A stretch of 56,714 nt of DNA from a virus. Its lineage: Duplodnaviria > Caudoviricetes. Position 1 is the stretch's first letter, and every line of letters begins with the position of its first letter. The stretch spans positions 1-56,714 of IMG/VR virus record IMGVR_UViG_3300030104_007656, one strand, 5' to 3'. The notes under the pieces were generated by a model. The model was not told the DNA's origin. It did not search any database and was given only the letters and a program-made list of their open reading frames with translations. Positions 19,934 to 29,500 of this stretch are shown piece by piece. Position numbers and translations under genes: made by a program.

Positions 19934-21164
19934 TTAGACTCCCCATCTGATTTATAACTCTATAATACATCTCGTTGATATTTTCTTGAGAGAATTTATT
20001 GCGTATATGTTCTCCCAATAATGCTGCATCTTTTTTATTAGTAATAGGAGATGTCACTAAATTTCTAAGGTTTTTCTGCAATGATTCATTTTTAGGATAA
20101 CACCATTCACATTCTGGAGTAATCAATCCTGGCATAAGGTGATCTTGTTTTACTTTCTCAATATCATATGATGTTTTCAAAAACAAGTTCTTTCTTTTTG
20201 TTTTTCCGCTTTTTTCATTTGTAACCGGGGCATGTAAAAAGTCCATATGACCCGACCACGAAGGAGCAATGACTGGAATGTCGGCACATACGGCATTGAA
20301 AATTGGTATACCGAAACCTTCGCCGTGAGCATGTGAAACATAACCTGTAATAACATCCGAATCATAAAGAGAGAACACTTCCTCTTGAGAAAGGTTGCCA
20401 TGAATTAGATGAACTTTACACTTGTGTTCTGGTGATTTGAAATTCAAGTATTTCTTCAACAAGTCCTTGGTCATCTTTTCATCTATTCGGCTATTATTCC
20501 TCATATAAGTCTTTAGGATAAATGAGGCATCTTCATCATCATTGAATTCATCCAAGAACGAACCAAGCATTTCAAAGATGTTTTTACGTGGAGCTAGCTG
20601 CGACACGCACAAGAAATTTTTGCTCGTAGTGATGGCTTCGTAACCGGAAAATTTTTCTCTTTCTTGAGGAAGGTTGTTATAAAAAGGAATAACCTCAATA
20701 GGCGTCCTAATTTTTTCATTTGTTTGGCTGTCAACGGCTTTCAAAAGGTTTTCTCTAGCATGGTTGGAAACCACTAGAATCTTTTGAACCATATTACAGT
20801 TGGCAACCCATTCTTGAGGAGCAGCCACGGTTTCCAAAGCAGCAGTCACCCCGATGTCATAGTTGGTAACCCTGTGCCACTCGTTAGGAGGGCGCACTTG
20901 AAAACAGCAGTCAAAGCCGTCAGACATAGAAGTGTTGGTAGACTTCAGAAACTTAAGATACTGCTGGGTATTCTCAATCAGGGGTAGGTACTTGCTAGTG
21001 TAGTCAAGATTGCGAGATGCTTCAGCCCACTGGAGATCAACCAAGTGTACTATATGCTTCTGAGGGCTGGATAAGAATGCATCTACTATTACCCGTGCAT
21101 GATCGCTATAGCCGCTAACATTGCAGAAAGATCCGATGATTAATATTTTCTTTTGTTCCGTCAT
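19890..21164 (-). CDS. Glycosyltransferase family 4 (GT-B)
   Basis: SGYSDHAR, SQLAPRKN, HGEGFGIPIFNAVCADIPVIAPSWSGHMDF. Confidence 0.9.
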   Translation of the reverse strand: MTEQKKILIIGSFCNVSGYSDHARVIVDAFLSSPQKHIVHLVDLQWAEASRNLDYTSKYLPLIENTQQYLKFLKSTNTSMSDGFDCCFQVRPPNEWHRVTNYDIGVTAALETVAAPQEWVANCNMVQKILVVSNHARENLLKAVDSQTNEKIRTPIEVIPFYNNLPQEREKFSGYEAITTSKNFLCVSQLAPRKNIFEMLGSFLDEFNDDEDASFILKTYMRNNSRIDEKMTKDLLKKYLNFKSPEHKCKVHLIHGNLSQEEVFSLYDSDVITGYVSHAHGEGFGIPIFNAVCADIPVIAPSWSGHMDFLHAPVTNEKSGKTKRKNLFLKTSYDIEKVKQDHLMPGLITPECEWCYPKNESLQKNLRNLVTSPITNKKDAALLGEHIRNKFSQENINEMYYRVINQMGSLNASGETDDAQILEL

Positions 21165-22411
21165 AACTCAGTCACTCTCCATGCTTGGTAGTTCTTACGA
21201 TTTTCCCACGATCCATACTTTTCGTGAATCTCTTGAAGAAGATTAACCCAAGAAGTGCCGTAGTTGTCAAAGTTGTAGTTCTTCATGACATGTTCACGTC
21301 CTTGTCTTCCTAGTTCTGCTCTTTCTTCAGGTGTCATCGCATATATCTTGTTTAAAGCAGCAATGAAATCTTCCTTTGAAACGCGGTCTTCGTAAATGTA
21401 AGGTACCTGTTGAGAACCGATAAGAGCTTTAGAGGCTGGCTCTAAACCAACTCCAAACCAGTTCTCGCCGTCAGTCACTTGTTCTTGTAGTCCACCAGTA
21501 AGAGTAGCAATGATAGGTGTCTCACTGGATAATGATTCCAAAGTTGACAAGCCGAAACCTTCAGCGTCAGCAATATTGACCGTACAGTCAGCAATGCCAT
21601 AAAGTTTTGCTAAGTCCTCTGCTGACAATCCTTCTTTAGAAAAGATCACCTCTGAGTTAACAAGTCCATAATGTTCTGCTAAGTACTCAAGTGGTTGTCC
21701 GTGCGGATCGTCTGGTTTTGTGTGCATAATCAAACAGGCACTGTTTTGATCTACATGATCCTGCTTTAGGAATTCACTAAACCAATGAATGAGTGTTCCA
21801 CTTTGTTTTCTTCTAGCGTTTCTGTTATTCCAAAAAACAATAAATTTGTCTTTTAGAGCTTTGTTGTTTTTTAGTACGTCTGCTTTTTCTGATGCCGTTA
21901 TTTTCCGGAAAACGTCTACTGGTACTGCATGAGGCAAATAAACCTCTTGTACATCAGGTGAAACATTCTGCACAATGTCGCTGGTAACCTTTGAAATCGT
22001 TACTATTACATCGTTTGAATCATAAAACTTCTGATTGTACATGGGGAGTGGGTAGTTATCCCAGACATGATAATAAATCATGGGAATATTTTGACGAATA
22101 TCCTCTTCAAAAGACCACAACCATTCATAATATCTTGGATCGGTCATAAACCAGAGCATATCTGGTCTTATCTGATTGATTAGTCCTAAAACTTGTTGTT
22201 TTTCGCCGTAACCATCTACAGGAAGAATGTGCCAGTGTTCGTTCTTTTTCATCAAATTGTAGTTGGGATGTTTAATGGCACCACCAAGTGAAAATACTTC
22301 AAACTTTCCAGACTTCAGAAGAGCCTCAATCATGTATTTTGTTTGTGTACCAACACCTGATGGTAACAAAGGGTGGTCACTAATCGTCATGACCTTGATT
22401 CTATCTGACAA
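21161..22411 (-). CDS. Glycosyltransferase family 4 (GT-B)
   Basis: SDHPLLPSGVGTQT, NRNARRKQ, AEGFGLSTLESLSSETPIIATLTGGLQEQV. Confidence 0.9.
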   Translation of the reverse strand: MSDRIKVMTISDHPLLPSGVGTQTKYMIEALLKSGKFEVFSLGGAIKHPNYNLMKKNEHWHILPVDGYGEKQQVLGLINQIRPDMLWFMTDPRYYEWLWSFEEDIRQNIPMIYYHVWDNYPLPMYNQKFYDSNDVIVTISKVTSDIVQNVSPDVQEVYLPHAVPVDVFRKITASEKADVLKNNKALKDKFIVFWNNRNARRKQSGTLIHWFSEFLKQDHVDQNSACLIMHTKPDDPHGQPLEYLAEHYGLVNSEVIFSKEGLSAEDLAKLYGIADCTVNIADAEGFGLSTLESLSSETPIIATLTGGLQEQVTDGENWFGVGLEPASKALIGSQQVPYIYEDRVSKEDFIAALNKIYAMTPEERAELGRQGREHVMKNYNFDNYGTSWVNLLQEIHEKYGSWENRKNYQAWRVTEL

Positions 22412-22420
22412 TTTATTCTC

Positions 22421-23260
22421 CTATGAACAGTATTCTGTCTTGTAAAACTCACAAGTACCAAAACGATCTTTGCAATTAGTGCAGGAATTTCGGTTCTTGA
22501 TATAGTTTTCCTTTGTGATATTATGCAACGCTTTTGTCAAGGCGTTAAGTGCATCGGTTGTTCTTTTCTTTCCGGCAGTTACCCTGACAAATTCTGCTTT
22601 CTTACCGGGTTTTGCAGTTCTTTTGAGCAAAACAAAATGACAATCCACATCTTTGGGGTCTACTTCATACTTGCGAGCATAAAAATGTTTATAAAAAACA
22701 AGTTGATACGCCATAATCTTGTCGCTTTTCTTTTCACGACGCCAACCCCAAGAGCAGGTCTTCCAATCAATCAGGTGAACCTTTTCGTCCTTCTTGGAAT
22801 AGACCACAAGGTCAATAAAGCCTTTAAACTTTTTTTCTGCTTCCGTAAATTCGGTGATAGGAACATACAGTTGTTCTTCTGCTCGGAGTACTTCCCAATC
22901 CTCGCCCAGTTTACCGAACTTGTCAGCAAGACAACGATAAAGGTCAGGAATGATTTCAATGCCATTCACCAGCCACTCTTTGAGGGCAAAATCCCTTTTA
23001 GCTTCTAGTTGAGCATTATCGGGCAGGGCGTTGAGTTCTGCGATAAATTGTTCTTTAACCAGCGCCATGATGGCACCTTGAGATTTATATTTTTCAGGGG
23101 AAGTCAAAGTAAACTCACAGACAGTATGAATAGCTTTACCAAATGCAGTAAAGATATTCCCCTCAAACTGGGCAACCTTGTCAATATAAGTCAGTTTGTG
23201 ATAATGTGGACAAATGTGCCAATTCCGCCATTCGGAATAGGAGATGTGCTTGCCGGCCAT
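22421..23260 (-). CDS. PD-(D/E)XK exonuclease, Cas4/AddB-like with probable Fe-S cluster
   Basis: HISYS..CPH, FGKAIH, KGFIDLV...IDWKT, QLVFY, and C-terminal CTNC......C. No CRISPR array nearby. Confidence 0.85.
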   Translation of the reverse strand: MAGKHISYSEWRNWHICPHYHKLTYIDKVAQFEGNIFTAFGKAIHTVCEFTLTSPEKYKSQGAIMALVKEQFIAELNALPDNAQLEAKRDFALKEWLVNGIEIIPDLYRCLADKFGKLGEDWEVLRAEEQLYVPITEFTEAEKKFKGFIDLVVYSKKDEKVHLIDWKTCSWGWRREKKSDKIMAYQLVFYKHFYARKYEVDPKDVDCHFVLLKRTAKPGKKAEFVRVTAGKKRTTDALNALTKALHNITKENYIKNRNSCTNCKDRFGTCEFYKTEYCS

Positions 23261-23272
23261 GTGAACTCTTTC

Positions 23273-23932
23273 TTAGAGATTATGTAATTTCTCTATCTTA
23301 TTATACAACAAAGGGCTGATTTTGAATAGTATTTCTTTATTTCCCATATAAAAAGCTTCAAAACCAGTTGCAAAATATTCTCTGAGGGATACCGATGCAT
23401 AAGGTCTTACAAAGATGCCGGCTGTAGCTAACTTCAGCATATTTCCACCGACTCTATCATATAAGAACACATCTAAGTCTTTGTTGTACTTAATATCTGT
23501 AAAATCATACTCTTCGGTCCAATACCCCTCTGAGCGTAATTCAGCTTCTAGCATTTTTCGTTTTTTTAGAAATTCTGCCTGGATCTCGCCGTCGCCATAA
23601 ATCTCTTTTACATACTCTGTTTCTAGATGGTGTGCCATCTCATGAATCAGATCATCTAGGAGATCAACTAGTTTATCCTGTTTATCTGACAAATAAAGCC
23701 AGTCGTTAGAATATAAGGCTGATATATTTCTGTCGTCAAATTCGTCTCGGTGGGCAATTTCTACACCCTTGAGTCCCTTGAAATAATGTGAAGGAAATTT
23801 ATCTTCAACTGCCCTAAAGACAGGGGAAAAGTCCACACCATCCTCTGCGGGCTCTTCTTGGTTGACTACAACGCTACCAAACCTAAAATGCCGGGTGGTA
23901 TCTTTAGTCTTTTCTAAAATGTAATCTCTCAT
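23273..23932 (-). CDS. Zincin-like metallopeptidase
   Basis: LIHEMAHHLE (HExxH) with downstream YASVSLREYFATGFE. Confidence 0.7.
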   Translation of the reverse strand: MRDYILEKTKDTTRHFRFGSVVVNQEEPAEDGVDFSPVFRAVEDKFPSHYFKGLKGVEIAHRDEFDDRNISALYSNDWLYLSDKQDKLVDLLDDLIHEMAHHLETEYVKEIYGDGEIQAEFLKKRKMLEAELRSEGYWTEEYDFTDIKYNKDLDVFLYDRVGGNMLKLATAGIFVRPYASVSLREYFATGFEAFYMGNKEILFKISPLLYNKIEKLHNL

Positions 23933-25230
23933 AATATCTCTGCTGCTAAAGTTGCTAATTTGGATCTTTCACCTTTATAAAGAGTCACGTGACCAGAAAT
24001 CTCATAATTCTTAAATTTTTCAACAGCATGTGTAAGTCCATTAGACACAGCATCTACATAGGAATTATCTATCTGCTGAACATCTCCTGTCAAGATAAGT
24101 TTTGTCCCGTGTCCCACTCTCGTAATTATAGTCTTAAGTTCATGCGCTGTTAAGTTCTGAGCCTCATCTACAATAATAAATGCATTGGATATTGAGCGTC
24201 CACGAATAAAGGTCATGGCTTCAATTTCAATAATTCCTTGTTCTATTTGAATATCTAAAGCCATTCTATCTCCATAGAGATGCTCTAGATTATCTCTCAA
24301 AGGGGCTATCCATGGTGCCATCTTTTCTTCAAGAGTGCCTGGCAAGAAACCAATGTCGCGACCCATCGGCTGAACTGGTCTTGTAATAATAAGCTTATCA
24401 TAACCGCCTGAGTTTCTAGTGGTATTGACAACTTGCTCTAATCCACATGCAGCAGCTAACAAAGTCTTACCTGTACCAGCGGGTCCGGTCATTGATACAA
24501 TCTGGATATCTCTATTGAATAACAAATTCATTGCGAACTCTTGTTCTTTATTCTTTGCTGATAATCCCCATATATTTTTGTATTTTACCAATTTTTTCAA
24601 TGGCGTGCTATGGTTCTTGAACTCACAAACAGCGGACTTGGTACTAGCCTTGCTCTTGAGAATTATAAATTGATTAGGGTATAACAAGGCATCTTCAGGT
24701 AAATAAACCTCATCACCTTCATAAAATTTGTTGATTACAGATTCATCTACCTCAATAGTAGTACACCCATCATACAGATTTTTTACTGAACTGATTACTT
24801 TTTGTGGTTGATAATCTTCGCATTTAATTCCGAAGGAATCACACTTGACTCGCATATTAATATCACGAGAAACAACCACAAGTTCGTGTCCTTCGGATAT
24901 AAGCTTTTGGGCTGTAGCAATGATTTTATTGTCTGAATCTTCGCTATTCATACCTTCTGGTAAATAAGTTTTATCAAATTGTGCGGCGAACAACTTACCT
25001 TTACCACTTCCAAGCGTAACACCATCTAATAAACTGCCTTTTGCTCGGAGACCATCTAGAAACCTGTTAGTGACTCTGGCATTAAGCCCTGGAGTGTCTT
25101 GTCTGTGTTTATGTTTGTCTATTTCGTCCAGCACAATTGTAGGGATAGCTATATTCTTCTTGCCGAAAGCTAATATTGAACGAACTTCAGTTAATAAAAC
25201 ATTTGTGTCTAGTAATACTGTTTTGGTCAA
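23929..25230 (-). CDS. phoH: PhoH-family ATPase with N-terminal PIN domain (YlaK/PhoH2-like)
   Basis: LLDTNVLL and VSRDINMR (PIN); GPAGTGKT, GFLPG, IRGRS, IVDEAQN, GDVQQID. Confidence 0.95.
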   Translation of the reverse strand: MTKTVLLDTNVLLTEVRSILAFGKKNIAIPTIVLDEIDKHKHRQDTPGLNARVTNRFLDGLRAKGSLLDGVTLGSGKGKLFAAQFDKTYLPEGMNSEDSDNKIIATAQKLISEGHELVVVSRDINMRVKCDSFGIKCEDYQPQKVISSVKNLYDGCTTIEVDESVINKFYEGDEVYLPEDALLYPNQFIILKSKASTKSAVCEFKNHSTPLKKLVKYKNIWGLSAKNKEQEFAMNLLFNRDIQIVSMTGPAGTGKTLLAAACGLEQVVNTTRNSGGYDKLIITRPVQPMGRDIGFLPGTLEEKMAPWIAPLRDNLEHLYGDRMALDIQIEQGIIEIEAMTFIRGRSISNAFIIVDEAQNLTAHELKTIITRVGHGTKLILTGDVQQIDNSYVDAVSNGLTHAVEKFKNYEISGHVTLYKGERSKLATLAAEIL

Positions 25231-25255
25231 TTTTTGACCTCCTTGTCTATTATAA

Positions 25256-25262
25256 TAAATAG
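25256..25262 (-). promoter_or_regulatory. Putative phage late promoter motif (CTATTTA)
   Basis: Lies between the tmRNA terminator and the phoH RBS (AGGAGG). Confidence 0.5.
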
Positions 25263-25275
25263 TTGTTTAGACAAA

Positions 25276-25298
25276 GAAAAAGCCGCCCGAAGGCGGCT
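25276..25298 (-). terminator. Rho-independent terminator after tmRNA
   Basis: Minus strand AGCCGCC-TTCG-GGCGGCT-TTTT: a UUCG-tetraloop stem followed by a U tract. Confidence 0.9.
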
Positions 25299-25621
25299 GG
25301 TGGAGGTAGGGAGAATTGAACTCCCGTCTTGTCTGGTTCCACAAAGAGGTCATTTACAAGGTTAGTAATGCTTTTATCGTCGGCAGAACACTTGACTAGA
25401 TCATTTTACTTATGGTGAAAATAATCAAAAACACTTAGAAATTCAAATACGGCTTTCTGTTTTTTGGCTGCCGTCGCCTCAAGCTAAGTCAGGTTATTAA
25501 GCTGCTTGTGCTAGTTGAAAATCGTCGTTTGCGATTAAAAGTTTAAGCGTTTTTAGTGAGCCACGCTTCCCTCACCCTTGCACCTTTTTCACTTTCCCAT
25601 CAATCGATACCGTTTACCCCC
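25298..25621 (-). ncRNA. ssrA: tmRNA
   Basis: 5' GGGGGTA pairs with 3' TACCTCC-A-CCA, including the G3-U70 Ala determinant. T-arm GGGAG-TTCAATT-CTCCC. Tag frame 25532-25497 is GCA AAC GAC GAT TTT CAA CTA GCA CAA GCA GCT TAA = ANDDFQLAQAA*. Confidence 0.97.
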
Positions 25622-25631
25622 TTATGACATT

Positions 25632-25660
25632 ATCTTAGTATATAACGAAGAACTTGTCAA
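25632..25660 (-). promoter_or_regulatory. Sigma70-type promoter for tmRNA
   Basis: TTGACA-N17-TAAGAT, ending 10 nt upstream of the mature 5' end. Confidence 0.7.
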
Positions 25661-25770
25661 GTTATTTATCTTCATAATATGCTAGCAATAGCTGTCATGG
25701 CTTTCAAAGCTCACAATAGCAGTATAATAGTTAAAAAAGAAGTGTTAAGTTAAAAAAGTTAAAAACTGAA

Positions 25771-26559
25771 TTAAATTTCTAAATCTAGATCAAGTTCTTC
25801 TTCTGCACCCTCGGCTTCTTCATCTTCAAATTGATCTAAATCTTCTTTTTCTTTCTCTGCTTCATATTCGGGGGTTGTGACGTCTGGGAGAGTAGTTGTC
25901 AAGTCATTTTCAAACTTATCAAAGTATAACAACAAGTTTGTGATCAAATAATCGTAGAACAAATCCCTATCTTGGTCATCTGCTAGCATGTCATATGCAT
26001 CTACTATTTGTTTTTCTACTCTCTTAAAGGTGTCAGCAGCAAAATTCCTGCCTGTTTCGTTCTGGTCATCTATTTGAACGAACTCTTCTTCTTCGTCGGC
26101 ATCTTCAATATCAATAAATTCACCATCTAAATCTTCTAGTTCTTCATCGCCATCAATAACAATATCAACATCTTCAGACAAAATATCTTCGCTTATTTCA
26201 TAAACTACATTTTCTCCGATATCTTCAGCATCAGTAGTTACTTCAATTGGTCGCAGTGCGCCTTTGATAGCATGGACCAGATGATTACGAAAAGATTCTC
26301 TCTGATCAACAGAAGTGGTCAACATCAGGTAATCGTCTTCAATTGTAGGGATAATGTTTCTGAGAAGGTCAGCTAAAACATTAATACCAGTATAGGTGCT
26401 AGGCTCTTCAGTGCCTGTTTCGGCTTCAACTAACAAAGTTCTAATAACAGATCTCAGTTGGGATTCTTGTTCATGAATTGCCTTAAGACGATCCTTTAGT
26501 TTTCCGCGAACATATTCGCGAATCAACTGTTCAGCTATTAAGGTTTCTCTGTTTATCAT
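25771..26559 (-). CDS. Acidic hypothetical protein (possible internal head/scaffold-like)
   Basis: 262 aa, very D/E-rich. Leader LIREYVR..L..I.E..LRSVIRTLLVE resembles the shared leader family. Confidence 0.8.
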   Translation of the reverse strand: MINRETLIAEQLIREYVRGKLKDRLKAIHEQESQLRSVIRTLLVEAETGTEEPSTYTGINVLADLLRNIIPTIEDDYLMLTTSVDQRESFRNHLVHAIKGALRPIEVTTDAEDIGENVVYEISEDILSEDVDIVIDGDEELEDLDGEFIDIEDADEEEEFVQIDDQNETGRNFAADTFKRVEKQIVDAYDMLADDQDRDLFYDYLITNLLLYFDKFENDLTTTLPDVTTPEYEAEKEKEDLDQFEDEEAEGAEEELDLDLEI

Positions 26560-26579
26560 AGTTAAAAAATCCTCTATAA

Positions 26580-29500
26580 TTATCTTCGTCTTTGTCGTTT
26601 AGGACGATTTACTTTAGGTTTATTACTTTTTTTGCGTCTTTTCTGTGGGAAAGAAGCAGGAGCATAGCCAGGAGAACCCAAAGGTGCCCCAGTGGCAAAA
26701 CCGTTTCCACCGCCCTGTACAGCGCCGCCAGCCTGAGCAGACATTTCTTCTATAGCTGCATTTATTTCAGAGTCTATTTGATCAGTTGGTTTAAATATCC
26801 TCCATACCTCTTCGCCGTCAACAACGTCAGGCATATAAGATAGAAACTCTTCTTTCTTGTTATCTGTAATAAAATCCCGCATATGTTCAGCACTATAGGT
26901 AATACCCTCGGAAGAAGTTATGGGGTCTTCTTCAATTTCCTCTACTGACACGCCAGGGTTATGTCTTTCTGCATATGATTTAGCATTTTGAAAACGGGTA
27001 TCCCCTTCGTCCTTACTACTTTTGATTAGTAATATTGTATCTTGTGGTCTTGATTTTACAGGGTCAGCCAAAAATTCGTATACTGTAGTGACAGGACTTC
27101 TATAGTCTGCAATTTCTACGCTTATATTTGGCGAGGCATCAGAAGATGATAAGAGTTTAGACCATATTTCTAGTGACTGTTCAGCAGATACCTCTGGTTT
27201 ATCCACAGGGCTGATTAAGACCATCACATTGTCTACATCTGATCTTTTTGCTACTTGATTCACAAATTCATAATGACCTTTATGAGGTGGCTTGAACTTA
27301 CCGGGGAATAAAGCAATCCGTTTACCTTTTTCTTCGGTGAGAGATTGAACAGATTCATTGCGTTGACCAGGCGCTTCAGAATCTGAAATCTGTTGTGACA
27401 TTTCATCAGCAATAACCTTAGATTGGTCAATAGCTTGTTGTCCAGCACCGATAGCATCGCTTCTTTTGCGGTAAGTGAAATAATTATTTACGTTTTCGGC
27501 TAATCTAGCAGTCGCATCAAAAACTTTCTGAAGATTATCAGACAAGTATTCCATATATTGCTCTGCTACACTTATAATTCTATCAGAACTATAAGGAAGA
27601 GACCCTAGAGCTTCATAGTCAACCATCGGAGCAATTGCCTTCAATTGTGATGGACTAATTGACCATTGTCTCTGAGATGATTCTACTAGTAAAGATTCGT
27701 TCAATAACTGTAGGTCATCCCACATTTTTCTACATTCGGACACAGAATATTGATATTCTTTTCTGTTAGCAGGTTCTGCATCAGGTTGTATATCTTCACC
27801 ATCAGGCACTTCATCAGTTATGGTTATTTTTTCTTCCTCTTCTTTGTTAGAAAGTTTACGAGCACGCTCTTTAGGGTCATATCCAGCGGTTAGCTGAAGT
27901 AATTCATATTGGACATCCCAGTTTTTGGCAGAACGTATCTTATTTAAAGATTGTTTACGATCCATGCCGGGCAATAAGAACAAATCAGCTTCTTTTACTA
28001 ATCCGCCTTTTCCGCCTGTAATCAAAGCGTCAATAAAATTATCCCTAGTAAAAGTAAATTTCTCAAGGACGATCTGTTCACCATCTTTTCTACCAACGAT
28101 GTAAACCATAAGTCCAAATTCTTCTAGTGAATCTATAAGATTAGTGTAACTTCCTTCAATATCTGTTATCTTTCCTTTTTTTCCTGGGGCTAAACCTTTT
28201 AGTAGTTTGAGACTTACAGGTACAGCCTTGCCACCTTTCAATTCAGAGAATGCAATCAAATCCTGAATAGGAAGATTACCTTTTTCAGTTCTGCCGGCCA
28301 CTTGTTCACCACGAAGTAATCCAGCCATAAAGCCTTCAAAAACGAAACCAGCAGGCGCTTCCCCGAAAGACTCAATAACAGCCTTGACAGATTCTAATAA
28401 AATTAAAGTACTGATGATTCTTCTAGGAGATCTAATACCACCCTTTGGATTATTGATACTATCATTTAGAAATTTAAGCTTTTCTTGGATGGTTGCACCG
28501 CCACCAACAGTATCAAATATTTTTTGAATTTGTTGCCTTTCCATAGATTTGGGATCACCCCAAGCCTCAGTTGGTACAAATTTAGGAAGGGACAAGACAA
28601 ACTGTTTTGCTTTTTCTCGCTTAATGTTCTTCTCGTCTTCTGTTAGAATATTTTTAGATCGGGAAACACTTTCTTTGGCGACAACAGGAGATGTTCTCCC
28701 TCCAAATTTAAACATTCCAAGAATTTGATTGAGGGGTGCAAAATTACCAGAGAACTTGTATGTGTGTCCATCATAATCAAAAACAACAGCCTCAACAGGA
28801 GTGGTTATTTGAGAAAAGTCTTTGATTTTGTTTAGGTGTCTTTGCATTACTTCCATGGCAGCAGGGTTTTCGGAACCCATTGCTGTCAATTCTCTAACTG
28901 CTGTTCCTAATTCATCTCTTAGGCGGATTACTTCCTTATCAGTATCTGCAATAAAAACACTATCAAGTCCTTTTAATAGTTCTACAGCAAAATCATGAAT
29001 AATTATTTCAAGTGGCTCAATAGCTTGTTGTAATAAAGATTTTCTACTATTGATTACTTGATTTAGATCTTGAAGATCTTGTGGGACCAAACCCTTCTTG
29101 AGTGCCCTTAATCCGATATTGCCGGGTAATTTCAAGAGATACTTTACAATCTCATCTTTCATATTATCTGGCAACTCTGTATCCAGACCATGGTATAAAC
29201 GAGAATATAAATAATCAGTCATGGTTGAATCATCTGATAATCCATTTTGTGACATTTCGCGATTGATCTTATTTATAGATGATTTTATTATCTCTTCGTC
29301 TTCTAATTTTTGAAGTTGTATGATAGCCTTTCTGGCAAGATTGAAGGGGCTGTCGGATAATTGTTGTTGCATCTTCTCTAGATTATTATCAATAATTTCT
29401 AAAGATCCCTCTGGGATGGGTCGTTTTTCTGCCTTTTCACTGTCCCATAGGAAATGTCCCACTCCATGTATTTTAAGCGTCTTATGATCATACTTGATAA

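Noticed and set aside
22421-23260. CRISPR-Cas locus suggested by the Cas4-like nuclease
   Set aside because: No repeat-spacer array and no other cas genes seen in the window. Solo Cas4-like nucleases are common in phages.
25725-25770. Short GTTAAAAA direct repeats upstream of the tmRNA promoter
   Set aside because: Low-complexity AT-rich sequence, too short to support a call.
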